From contig BQFW01000012.1 in assembly GCA_020891255.1 (NCBI GenBank), positions 2,232,001 to 2,296,000 of the forward strand: DNA of 64,000 nucleotides, written 5' to 3'. The notes beneath the pieces are model-generated. The model ran no database searches. It was not told the origin of the DNA and saw only the letters and a list, made by a program, of their open reading frames with translations. This stretch comes from Entomortierella parvispora E1425 (Eukaryota > Fungi > Mortierellomycota). Both the position numbers and the translations under genes were made by a program. Below are positions 48,754 through 60,682 of the stretch, piece by piece. Within the stretch, counting starts at the first letter, position 1; each line of letters opens with the position of its first letter.

Positions 48754-51134
48754 AGTTGACAGATAGGAATAGAATATATACAACCTCATCGGTACATGGA
48801 GATGACAGAGGAATAAAAAAGCACCAGTCTCCTGACAACCAATCGTACCCCGACTGATAGAGCCCGATTGATCCAAGAGGATGGAAGGTTGAGAACACAC
48901 GGGCCATCGACGCGTTTTTTGTGTTTTTTTTGCCTTTCATTGGCTCTATTTATCACGTAGAGGTTCGATCCATCGAACTGGAAGAAACAACGGACAGGGC
49001 GGCTAACATGAACAAGTTGCCAAGCTCTACGCCTATGGATCTCCAATCCTTTTGTGGTTATGTGTTTCTGGACCTTGAGGAGAAAGAGAGAGAGGGAGGA
49101 AAGGGACCGGGAACTCCTCTTTTCACTTGCCCTTGAATGCTCGAGAAAGCGCCGAAAGTGAGTCCCTGACGGCTGACCTACACACGTTGTCAATTCCTTT
49201 GGTTGCCAGCGGGACTCCCTTTGGTTTTTGGAGTCGCGAGGCGAGCCTTTTTTTTCTTTTTTTTTTTCAAGGGGTAGGCAACCAGGGTGAAGGGAGAGCG
49301 GTGTAAAAAAAGGGCCAGGTGGGGAAGATAACAAAGGTGATTAAGATTACCTTGTCCAAAGTCTTTTTATTTTCCGGCTTATGACTCCGTGATGAATGGG
49401 TGGATGGTGGATGGATGGATGGGGTGTAAGTGGGGTGAAAGTGGGGGTGTTTTGCGACGACGAGGGTGGAATTACTGAGAAGGGGGGCGGTGAACAAGAC
49501 GGTACCACTGACTGATTTCTAATTGACCCTTGCCCTGGTGTCTAGAAATTCATCGAGGAATGGATGGCAACCAAGGGACAAGGGGGGCAGGAGTGGTCAA
49601 GGGCAGGGTTGAGAAGAAAGAAGAAAGGAAAAGCACGGGCAAGGGACTGGATCAGAACTTGTAACACCGGGGGGTGCAACAGCAAAAACAGGAAGCTCTG
49701 GGCACCGCGATATCCCTGCGATCAAAACAATGAGAAAAAAAAAAAACTGCAACGACAATATGGAGCCAGATCGGATACCTCGACCATCTCCCGAGATGCT
49801 GTATAATTGACTGTTCGTTGAACCAGTCGTTTTCTTTTAAGTTACTGCCTATTAGAATATCTTCAAGATGCATGAATGTGGTTCCAACAGAACCATAGAA
49901 AGAGCCGAAAAGGCAAAGTTTAGATGGAGGGAGAGAATGCCTCAACAGATCATGGCCTTGATGCGCACGGACATGCCAAGCGGAAATGGATCCGTTCATA
50001 TCGCGCTCTTGCATCACACAATTGCTTCCGCGTTTGAATGCGTTAGAAGCAACTGGCATTGCAGCCCGCCCTCTCAAAGCCCGACTGTACTGCACAATTG
50101 ACAAGAGCCCAAAGGAACCAAGAACGGAAGAATCGCTTCCGGGAGATCGAGGGTTCATCATCTTACCTACTCCGTTCGTGATTGTAGGATGGGAAGACAA
50201 ACTACCTACGAAAATAGATAAAAGAGGGAAGGTAACACGATGAAATCGTCGTCGTTCGTCTTCATTCCAAAGACTGACCAGTCTTTGGGGCCTATCAAGG
50301 AGAGCAAGAAAGACTGCTCAAACCCACGCTAGTAAAGTGGCCTTTTGCCTGTCGTCTTTCGCATCCCCTCCCTTCTCGTTCTGACTCTCTCTGGCCAATC
50401 AAGGCGGTACCTCCTCCTGGTCTTCACTCATCCATCTCGGGGGGCGTCACCACCTCCTTGTGTTTTCCTCATTACTGTTCCTGTTGACTATCGTCGCACC
50501 CTTGGTTCTGTCTCCTCTCTGGGGAGAGTTCTATCCCCTTGGCCTCTACTCCCTTTATTTTTTTTCTTTGTGTCTTTCGTCTGTTCATTGTTTTCTTGTG
50601 CGCCTGGGACCACCCCCTCCCCTTCTCCTTTATAGCATGCAACAGACGCGTCCAATCCGGCGCGCATTCTTTTGCCCCTTTGCCCATCTGGATAATCTTT
50701 TGGTAGCAGACTGAGGGGAGGGGTTATTGATCGTATCTCTTTGTGATTTGTTGAACAATCGGGCAAGTGAAAAGAAAGTGGGAGAAAGACCCTCTTCCTG
50801 ATCCCACATCCCTTTCTCTCACTCACTCTCTCTCTACGCGCAAGGGATCACAGGATCCAATACCTGGTGTCCGCGGTCCCAAAGCTAAAAAGCCCTGAGG
50901 TACTTAGCTCACAGGTGGAAAGGAGTGTTTTAAAATAAAAGGGCCCCAAACTCAGCGTCCCACGTCCCCATATTCATTTTCTTGCTTCTTCCTTCCCTTT
51001 TACTGGTCTTTACCTTGCCCGTCTCCTCATTCAGCTCATCAACTCTTTGTCTTATCTTTGGCACCCAAAAAAAAGGACCTGCTTCTTGCATTCACTCCAA
51101 TTTCTCCCTACTTCCCTGCATCTCCATAAATACA

Positions 51135-52045
51135 ATGATCTGCAAATTGATGGTGGCCGCTGCGGTCGTGGCCCTGAGCCTTACTTCCAGCACCTTTGCG
51201 TCCCCTATTCCAGATACTCTCTCAACACCCAACCTCGTCAAGCGTACACCAGCACCGATCATCACGGCCTGCACAGTCCCCAATGCATTTGCAGTCACGT
51301 TCGATGATGGTCCCAGTATCTGGACACACGAGCTCTTGGATTATCTTGCCATCAAGCAGGTCAAGGTCACATTCTTTGTCAATGGTTTGAACTACAATTT
51401 GATTACAGACCCAGAGTTTGCAGCGGTTGTGAAGCGTGCCTTTGACGAAGGACATCAGATCGGATCCCACACCTGGGCTCATGCAGACATCTCTGCTCCA
51501 GGTGTTGACGTACCTAGTCAAATGAAGATGCGTAAGTGATCTATCTTGCTTTCCTGCCCACACTGTTTTTGAGAGAATCAGTGGCCTCCCCCCGCCCATC
51601 CTCCCCTCGTTACTCCATTGTTCACGTAACTTACATTCATTGCTCTTTGACCTTGTGGGGGTTTTTTACAACGACTATAGTGGACGATGCTCTCTTGAAG
51701 ATTATCGGCAAGCGCCCCGTGTACATGCGTCCACCCTACGGAAACACTTCACCAGAGTCACTAGAATACTTGGGCAGCGCCGGATACAAGGTCGTGAACT
51801 GGAACGTGGACACGAACGATTGGCAGCATCCTTTGACCTTCGCAAACAACGTGGCACCCTACAAGGTGGCGTTGCAAGACCCCACTGCACCCGGAAAGGG
51901 TTTCATCAGTTTGCAACACGATGCTGAGCAAGGAACGGCCGAGGTCTTGTCCAAGCTGGCGATCGAATATGTCTTGTCAAAAGGATTCCAGATCATGCCT
52001 GTGGGTGCTTGTCTGGGCGACCACGATGGTTGGTACAGGGCGTAA
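51135..52045 (+). CDS. Secreted polysaccharide (chitin) deacetylase, CE4/NodB domain, 253 aa (paralog 1)
   Basis: Exons 51135-51531 and 51681-52045. Signal peptide, pro-region ending VKR, CE4 motifs TFDDGP, HTWAH, RPPYG, WNVDTNDW and LQHD. Confidence 0.94.
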
Positions 52046-53701
52046 ACGTCAAAAACAGAAAAAAAAATAGTCGAGTGAGGAGAAAAAAGAGAGGATTTTG
52101 CATCATCTACTATAATTATTTACCGGCCACCTTACGCCCATCGGCCCCCACCGCCTGCTCCTCACCCTCTTTGTTTGACCTGGTATGTCATCGCGCTGTC
52201 ACTATAGCCAACCCTTCACAAATAAAAATACCTTAATCTTCCTTGTCAATTGTTCATTGTCCCATTCTTGACTCCCGCGTTGAACGGTGGTGTTGCCCCA
52301 GATCTACATACCTGGCAAAAACCGAACCCCGAGGATCCACCGCTCCATCTGCGCAGATGCACAACAACCGAGGCTCCAGCCATGAAAAAAATGATTCAGG
52401 CAAGGTCCATCATCGCGTGTCTCCAGACTTTGAGAGTGGTTGCTGCTGTTGATTCGAAAAACAACAAAACACGCTGCAGGCTTTTAAGAGCCCTGGTGAG
52501 GAACGCGCTGTTGGGGGATCTGAATGTATTTTTTTGAGGCTGTGCCTGCTGCAGCACCTCTGGGCCCATTTTTGCACATCAGTAGCAGTAGCAAAGTATA
52601 TGGTCAAAGCACGTTTATCCTTTTGATTTTCTTGTTCTGAGCTCCATCGGAACAAACCGACCGATCCTACGGCACAGAGAATGCCCAGTCCATTGGAGCG
52701 TCGTTCTCCTGGTTTTGAGCCCCGCGCGAAACGTGAAGACTGAGCCGTTTGGGTCACTGCCCGTACAACCAACCAAATGAAAAAAAAAGGAACTGGTACA
52801 ACAACAGCCGCGTTGTCTGTCCTTGTCGCGGTTTTACTCTTGGCTGTTTGTCCTACTGATATTCACGAATAAAGCAACGAGAACTAGTGAGAGCAGAAGA
52901 CTAGCCTAGGAACGATGTCGAGATAACAATCTGTGCAGGATGCAGGATACCCTTCTCTCGACGAGTTCCCTCTCTCGTTCCATTCTCGTCTCCCCCCCCC
53001 CCCCATTGCTATCCAGATGGAGCCCCGTGAACCAAGAATCATATAGACAGAAAAAGTGTTGCCTGGGAGACACAACAGGCGCCTGCACAAGGGGCAAAAG
53101 AAGGCGTTCCCCGTCTTTATCTTGTGCACAAGGAGAGAAGACGGCGATCCAGACGAGTTTGAGCAACCAGGTCCTTGTCAGATGCGTCGCAGGATCAATC
53201 CAGTACAGTAGTAAACGCAAAAAAAGAGAGAAAGATGTTGGCTCAATCGTCGTTATTTTTACGCATGGTGCGCCTCCTCTCCCCTTGCTCTTTCTCGCTT
53301 CCTTACATGTACGCAGTAGCGCCCTGTCCAGCTTTTCACATTTGATCTCTGGGTCATTGATTTACCTGCCGCCGTGCTCTCTTCGCTCTCACATCAAGAT
53401 GGCCAAGGGTTGTCAGCAACAGGAAAAGAAAAACAAGAGAGAGAGAGAGAGAGAATTACCAAGGCCCATCCATCTTTTTTGTTTCCGATCTCGACTCTTC
53501 TCTCTTCCACTTCGTTTTGGCGTCTCCTCCCCCCCCCCCCCCCCCAATACAGACCCCCAGTTCTTGACGTTCCCCTATCCCTCCCCAACACGTTTATATA
53601 GATAGGTTTTCCCCGGGAATTCTTTTAAACAGCTCTCCAACATCCTTTCGTATTCTTTTCGTTTTCACTCAACACCTTTCCCTCCACCCAGACTTACTGC
53701 A

Positions 53702-54756
53702 ATGGCTCCCCTCCTTCGTTTGGTCACCGTGGTGGCACTTTTTGCCTCTATGGTCGTAAACGCGTCCCCTGTGGTCATCCATAACGATGGTGACCAGTTG
53801 AAACAGGAAAATACTGTCGTCAACGACATTGGCTTCGTTGAGCATCCCGGAAAACGGGCGTTCGAGATCCTTAGCAAGCGCGACAGCAATTGGGAATCCA
53901 AGATCATCACTGCCTGCAAAGTACCCGGAACGATCGCCATCACGTTCGATGACGGTCCATTCGAATACACAAGGCAGCTCTTGGATATCTTGAAGAAGGA
54001 GGATGTCCGCACAACTTTCTTCATGAACGGTGACAACTATAGTAAAATCCTGGATTCCAAGTACCGGGCCCTTGTGAATCAAGCTATGGATGATGGCCAT
54101 CAGATCGCCTCCCACACCTGGGACCATGCTGACTTGTCTAAGCTTTCAAAGGCTCAAATCTTGTCCGAGGTGTCAAGACGTAAGTGCCGTTTCCCCTTTC
54201 GCCCACTTCTTCGTCTCCGTTCTCCTTTCTTTCCCCCCCCCCCCCCCCCCCCCCCTGCATGTCTGTTCAAACCTTTTTGGGTCTCCAACAGCATGCCCTT
54301 CTGTTCACCCTCACGCTCGAGACTGCAAGAGCGCCGCTTTTTCCATTTCTAACCTGTTTTTGTACAACCTGACAAAAAAAAATAGTTGACAAAGCATTCC
54401 TCACCATTATCAAAAAGAGACCCGTGTACATGCGCCCACCTTTTGGAAACGTGAACGAGCTGGTGGTCGACACCCTGACTGAGGCCGGTTACAAGATTGT
54501 GAAATGGAACATTGATACTCAAGATTGGACCCGTCCCACAAAGCCCAACGAGAGCTTCAAGGCTTATGAGGATGCCTTGGGGGCCCAGGATGCGATCAAG
54601 AAGGGCTTTATTGCACTGGAACACGATGTCTATCGGGACACTGCCCTGAAGCTCGCTGTGAAAGCTATCCAGTATGCAAAGTCAAAGGATTTCAAGGTCG
54701 AGCCGGTCGCGACCTGCTTGGGTGACACCGACCCCGAGAACTGGTACCGAAAGTAG
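53702..54756 (+). CDS. Secreted polysaccharide (chitin) deacetylase, CE4/NodB domain, 282 aa (paralog 2)
   Basis: Exons 53702-54179 and 54386-54756. Signal peptide, pro-region ending SKR, motifs TFDDGP, HTWDH, RPPFG, WNIDTQDW and LEHD. Confidence 0.94.
54233..54255. repeat. C23 homopolymer within the intron of CE4 paralog 2
   Basis: Read directly; a second C run lies at about 53529-53544 upstream of the same gene. Confidence 0.85.
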
Positions 54757-55211
54757 AGAAGACATGGAAGAAAGGCGGCAAAAGGCTGGATCTTTCTTTC
54801 TCGAGTAGACTCGTTTTTTACTTTGTTCTTGCTTCTTGCTTCAACCCGTTACTATTGCATGTCATTTCATTTCATCATTGTTGCCAAGCATGACAGAACG
54901 TCTACTATCTATTTATCATCCATCTAGTAATGCATCTTACTGTCTCCTCTTGAGACTGAAATAAAGCCGTTGGGAAATGTGAACGCTACTGCTTTGTCGT
55001 TGATCCAAGAGACCGTGCTTGAACCTTGGATCATGAAACAAATGGTGGCGCACCAGATCATTGGATCAAAAAAAAAAAAAACTGCACAACTGCTGGGCGT
55101 GTTCATACCCAGCGAGGTAGAAACGATAGGGAGTCAGTAAGACTCATTTTTTGCGGTGGGGTTGCTTTATTTGAGAAGAGATAGAAGGTTTATGATGCCC
55201 GTTTATCAACT

Positions 55212-55646
55212 TCAAAGTACTTCGACCGTGTGTCCAATGGATTCGAACACTTTCTTGGCTGGAAGGGCCGATTCTTCATTGACGAGGATGTAATCGGTGT
55301 CATAAGTACTCACGACAAAGACAGAGATGGCCTTCTCGGCCAGGGCGCCCGACAGGTTGGCCATGATCCCGACCAGACTGAAGTCCAATTGACCCTTGAC
55401 CTTGAAGCATCGCCAACCGGACGAGATCTTGTGCTGATCATCGGGCAGGAGCACTGGATCCTCAGCGTTCGAAGTGTCGTAACGATGAGAGACCACCAAG
55501 GAAATCTCCTCGCGTGTCTTCGTGATGCTGTACCATTCTTGATCTTCAATCAAAGGAAAGTAGACTGAGGCTGGGGTGGAGGTGGGCAGGCGGTGGATCG
55601 TGTAAGGAAGCGAATCAAGCTCCAGTTTAAGCTTCATAGAAGTCAT
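55212..55646 (-). CDS. Small intronless ACT-domain protein (CASTOR-like/bacterial tandem-ACT type), 144 aa
   Basis: Single exon from the ATG at 55646. Sequence YTIHRLP...WYSITKTREEISLV...GWRCFKVKGQLDFSLVGIMANLSGALAEKAISVFVVSTYDTDYILV matches the pattern of this family. Confidence 0.88.
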   Translation of the reverse strand: MTSMKLKLELDSLPYTIHRLPTSTPASVYFPLIEDQEWYSITKTREEISLVVSHRYDTSNAEDPVLLPDDQHKISSGWRCFKVKGQLDFSLVGIMANLSGALAEKAISVFVVSTYDTDYILVNEESALPAKKVFESIGHTVEVL

Positions 55647-56621
55647 TGTTTCTTTGCTGTGTGAAAGAGAAAGAGAGGGAAATAAGGTATAAAGGAAGCT
55701 GGAAAGGAGAGGAAAATGTTGGAAAACAAGAAGCTTTGTTTGGAGTTGAAAAGAACTGAAGAAAGAAGCAAACAATGTGCGATGGTATGCCAGGGAACTT
55801 CATGGAATGACGAAGAATGAGTCAATGAGAAGAGAAAAAAAATATGAAACGGCGAATAATTTATCTGAGTTTTATATTCTGAATAAACAGTAAATTAATC
55901 GAATTTTTTTAGTGATGTTCTAGAGAGGAACCCTTCGGCAACCTTTGACCCCTGGTCATGGCTGCCGTTGTCAACGTTGCTGTTATGGATTCTACCCATG
56001 TCTCTTTCAGGATGACTTATACCAGTTCTTTCAGGAGAGTGTCTTCTTAAACCAAGGATTCAAACCGTAAACACTTTTGTAATCTTTAGCAGATCCATGA
56101 AAGGATTGTTTTCATCAAATGAAGTGGCAAAGGGAATGACCCATGTGAGCGATTTGATTGCCCCATCTGTCCAAGAAATGCATAAAGCTGCCTTTGATCA
56201 GAGTCAATCATATTGCTGTTATGACAATGATGAGGATGAATCCTCAGCTCTTGCCACCAAAACGCGCTTATTTTTTGGTGGCGTGCACTGTTCAGTTGTA
56301 AACGCGAATGTGTTTTCGATTTTTTTGTTTTAATGTTGATTGACTATTGTACACAAGAAAGCTTTTGGGGTGGACGTTGATAGCTTTGAATGGATGAAGA
56401 TGGACTGGATGAAGATGGATTGATTGAAAAAAAGAATAGAGAGGCAACAAAAGACAGAAAAAAAAGGAAGCCATCGTGACCGTATAGCCTCCTCTCCTCG
56501 TACTCTCCACATGTCGAAATAAGTGGAGGGTGATCTATGCTAAAGTATAAAATGTGTGTGGAGCAATGAAGGAAAGAAAGCGGCGGGAAAGACAAAATGA
56601 CTACGATATTTTTAAACGAAA

Positions 56622-59600
56622 TTACGGCTGCTGCTGAGATGGAGGTGCTGGCGAAGGTTGTAAAGACGGTGATCGAGGAGAGATTGCCGCTGCTGCGGTG
56701 GGAGTGGGAGTGGGACCCACAGTCGCTGATGTCGATTCAAGCTGTTGCTGCAACTCTGAGATCTGTTGCTGTTGCTGTTGGATGTGAATCTGCATCTTCT
56801 CCAGTTGGTACATCATGGACTGTTGTTTGTCAAGATTCGCTCTGCGGTACTCGTCCATCTGACCAAGGTAATCCCGCATGATAAGAAGCTCATTCAGGAT
56901 CTCCCTGTACTGAGGTGAACTCGAAGACGAAGAAAAGGAGGATGTCGAGGGTTGGTGCTGATGATGCTGATGATGGTGTGGTGGGGCTAACGAAGAAGGC
57001 GGTTGGTGATGATAACCAGCATCTTCATATCCTGGAGCAGATGATGAAGGTCCTCCCGAATACCGTTCTTGGTCTCCGATCCGTTCTTGGTCTCCGACTA
57101 TACCTCCATTGTGCAGATGACTGGGCGCGATCCGTGGAGATGGAGCATACTGCAGGTGACCAGGTCCAACAGCAACCGCAGTGCCTCCATTGCTGCCTGT
57201 CCGCGCGTGCTTGACGGGCCGTCTGTAGTCTGCACCCACTGAAGCGGAGGAAACATCGATTGAGTCGCCCTGTGAGTAATGTCGAGCATGTCCCATTCGA
57301 GCATGAGAATGACCACCGCCAGGTGGGCCAGGGTATCCTCCTGAAGGTGATTGGGGGCGAGGAGGGAGCATGGAGGCCCCACCACTAGTCTGGTTCCAGT
57401 ATCCACTGCCTGATTCACTCGTGCCTCGCTTTTCTGGTCCAGGACCAGTGGTCGTTCCAGTGGTACTGGATGTGGTGGACACACGCAAGCCTCCTTCGCC
57501 TCCCTTGGACTCGAATCCAGCTTCACCTTCCCATGCCATGGTTGAGGATGTAGACGGGTGCTGCTGTTGTTGCTTCTGGTACAATCGAGTTCGATCCATA
57601 GAGCTGTGGCTAGAAGGTCGCTGAGCGGAAGATGAGGTGGCGCTAGGGTTCACCGGGTTTCGGGGTCGACCTCTCTTTGCAGGAGACGAAATCGGGAGCG
57701 AGCTTCTTCCGGCCTGAGCAGGGGGTGGTGACAACGACGACGATGCTGCTGCTGCAGGGGTTGATTCGCCTTCTTCTGCAGGCACACCCCGTTTTGTTCT
57801 TCGAGGTTGAGTATGAGCATCCTGTCGAAGGCCGGTACCTTGTTGTTCCGACTCGCTTCTAGATACCATGTCCTCATCCTCGTTCAAATCCTTATCTTCC
57901 TGCATCAGCTCATCCTTTAACGTCGCGTCCGCCTCAGCCTCTGCGCTCACGCCATCGCCCTCGCCATCTTCCTGGTCCTCAGAGTCCGACATGCCAGAGG
58001 CACTGTCTTCATCGTTCGAGTTGCAGCCCTCGTCTAAAGCGCCGGGTCCCTGCCCCGCGTTCCTCATGAGCTGAATAACATGTTTGACCAAATCATCATT
58101 GGCCTCCCGCATCTCCTCGGGGATATCGCCTTTGTACATCCGTTCTCTCAGCTGATAAGGCTTTACCATCCGGTTCACTCTCCGAATGCATTGTCGGGCA
58201 TGTACCTTCATCTTCAAGGCATCTCTGACATCCTCCCAAGCCTTGGCCACCTGTCCAACCTTTTGTGCAAACGGGTTCAGCCGGATTGTCTCCACCAACA
58301 GCTGCTTATCCGTGTCCTCCGATCGATACCGTCGTTTCTTTTGCATCCGTTTCAACGCTTGAGGTTGATTCATCATCTCAAACAATTTCTCGAGCAATCG
58401 TTTCTTGGCGGCCTGCTGTTGCTCCGTGCCCACCGGTCGATCACGCCCTCCAATACTGGCCTGGATGATATTGTCGAACCGGCGAGAACACGTCCGGGCC
58501 CGGATCCCTTGTTCGCGAGAGATGGATTCCCAAGCCTGCGTCGTCTTGCGGATCGCACAGTTGAAGGGATCGTGGTTCAGAACACTGGTCAACAGACTGA
58601 TCTGGACATCGATGGGTAAAGGCCCCTTGGGTGTTCCTCGAGCCGATTGGATCCGAAAGGGAGGGGCCGAAGACGATGATGACGTCGCCGAAGCCTCTTT
58701 CTTGATCGGAGAAGTGGCAGCTGAAGAGGAAGCCAACGCTTGACCTGAAGACGAAGCCGGTGGACCATGGACTGCTGCCTGTCGAGAGTAAGAGGACGGA
58801 GGGCCAGCCTCATCATCTGTGGCATAGTGGGCAGGTCTGGAGGCTAGAGGAGGAAAGCGATCCTGAGATGGAGGTCTATGAGACGACTGAGGACCGGACA
58901 GCGATTGATGATGGTGATGGTGATGCTGTTGCGGCGCATGGTATTGTTGTTGCTGGTGGTGATGTTGGTGTTGTGGACCGTATTCTTTGTACGGAGACTC
59001 TGGATACCGTTGGGGTTTCAACTCATTCATGCTGCTGCTTGAATAGGCTCCAACGCCACGATGGTAGGGGTCACGTCCTTGATCGACGCCCTGATGGTGG
59101 TACGAAGAGTGCGGCGGCTGTTGTTGTTGTTGGCCAGCACTGTTAGGACCCATTCCTCGGTACTCTGGCCGATCGTGATCAGAGAACCCGCCTTCTGAAT
59201 CTGAATCGAGATGATGTCGTTTGATAGGATAAGCGCCTGTAGAAGAGACAGGAGAGCGGTAGGAGGATCGAGGCCCAGAAGAATGAGAGTGAGAAGGAGG
59301 GGGGAGCGGATGTGAAATGGGGGCGGATGCGGACGACGACGAGGCAGAGTGCATTGGCGAGAGTGGGGCGGAAGGATGGTGATGGGATGACGTAGGCGAT
59401 TGAGCAAGATAGGGATGTGTGGATGAAGAAGAGGGTGGAGGGGACCGAGGCCGAAGAGCTGTTGTTGTTATTGCCTGTCGGGTAAATGGCGTGTGAGAAG
59501 ACGAGGACGGATGAGACCCCTGGCTGGCGGAGGTGCTGATCGCTGTCGTCGGGCCCGAGGAGGGCGAGGGCGGCCGAGACCGAGACCAGGATGAAGAGGA

Positions 59601-60682
59601 CGGACCGCTGCTATTAGTGTTGTGGTTGGGATAGTACTCTTCTTGGCGAGGTGGCGGTTGATATGGATGTTGTTGATAGGGATCTTGTGGCCGATAGTCC
59701 TGATGTGGATACAGCTGTGCGTGTCCCTGGCTATGACTGTGGGCGGAATGATCCCAAGATGTAAGAAAAGAGGAAAAAAGAAAAAAAGTCAGCCAATTGA
59801 CCAATGGTTTGCTTTGGTGTCCCGCTTCCGAGGGGCCATTTGCTGTTTTTGCTGTGCACCCTTGAAATATTAAAAAAAAAAAAAAAAAAAAAAAGAAGAG
59901 AGGGGGGGGGACGTGGACTTTGATATTGATGATGAAGACATCAGAAACATACGGAGACTCGCACGATTGGGAGGGGGTGGAGGGGAAGGTAGGGCAGGGC
60001 AGGGCAGAGCAGGGGAAAGACAAGGGGAGGAAATGAGAGGAGAGACAAACGACGTCGAGGATGACGACGATGATGAGGGTGATGAAAAGGGTGTGATGAT
60101 CAAGACAACGAGCGGATCATGGGCATCCTTGGAGCCTTGGATTGATGGATATAGGACCGATTGTTGCAAAGGAGGTTGAGAAAGACTCGAGCGAGGGTCA
60201 CGTAGGAGAAGGAGGGGGTTTGGATTGATTGCCTAATCACGATGGCGACAATGACACACTCTTTGGTTTTTTTTTTGCTTTTTCGTGTGTTCACTCTTTC
60301 TTTACCTTGGCGGTGGAAACCGGTCGCGAGATGGATCATAGTCTACGGGCTCAGGGTCATAGTCCCGATAACGAGGATCGGCCTCTTGTTGTCGCGGATG
60401 TACTTTTTGTTGCTGCTGTTGTTGCGACCATGGCTGACCTCCCTGCGGATGATCGCGCGCTGCGTAGGGGTGAGGGTGGTGGTAGCCATGTTGGTCCTGT
60501 CGCGGATCAAAAGGAGTCCGATCATCCGAGATCGGTCGAATCTGGTCTGTGTCACGTTGTGGGTGATGCTGATGGTGATGATGGGCAAGCGAGGGTCCAG
60601 GGGAGGGGCTCTGGCGGTTCTTGCCCGAGTGCTTGGCAGAGAGTGCCGGTGAGGGTGTGGCCGACGCTGCCGAGCGGGCCAT
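56622..60682 (-). CDS. Large low-complexity protein, about 1163 aa, with two tandem Myb/SANT-like (trihelix-like) domains and a C-terminal coiled coil; probable DNA-binding regulator
   Basis: Exons 60306-60682 and 56622-59736 (AG|GTAAAG ... CACAG|T, phase 2; 3492 nt). Repeats: DVQISLLTSVLNHDPF...TTQAWESI...ARTCSRRFDNII and DTDKQLLVETIRLNPF...VAKAWEDV...ARQCIRRVNRMV. Coiled coil near REILNELLIMRDYL...ISELQQQLE. Confidence 0.75.
59963..60028. repeat. G-tract/(AGGGC)n repeat in the intron of the Myb/SANT-like gene
   Basis: gggagggggtggaggggaaggtagggcagggcagggcagagcagggg; several GGG runs with G-quadruplex potential on the plus strand. Confidence 0.6.

Noticed and set aside
49652-50200. 182-aa minus-strand ORF; considered as a transposon remnant or orphan gene
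   Set aside because: No transposase, RT or other motif recognised, no terminal repeats or target-site duplication. A TBLASTX/Dfam search would be needed to revive it.
52305-52316. CATACCTGGC resembling the U1 snRNA 5' end
   Set aside because: It lacks the ACTTACCTG core and I see no downstream U1 stem-loops or Sm site.
56622-60023. ORF-track N-terminus MSFPCSALPCP...FFFFFF for the 1133-aa ORF
   Set aside because: Positions 59737-60305 are intronic (poly-T tract, non-ATG start); the real start is in exon 60306-60682.
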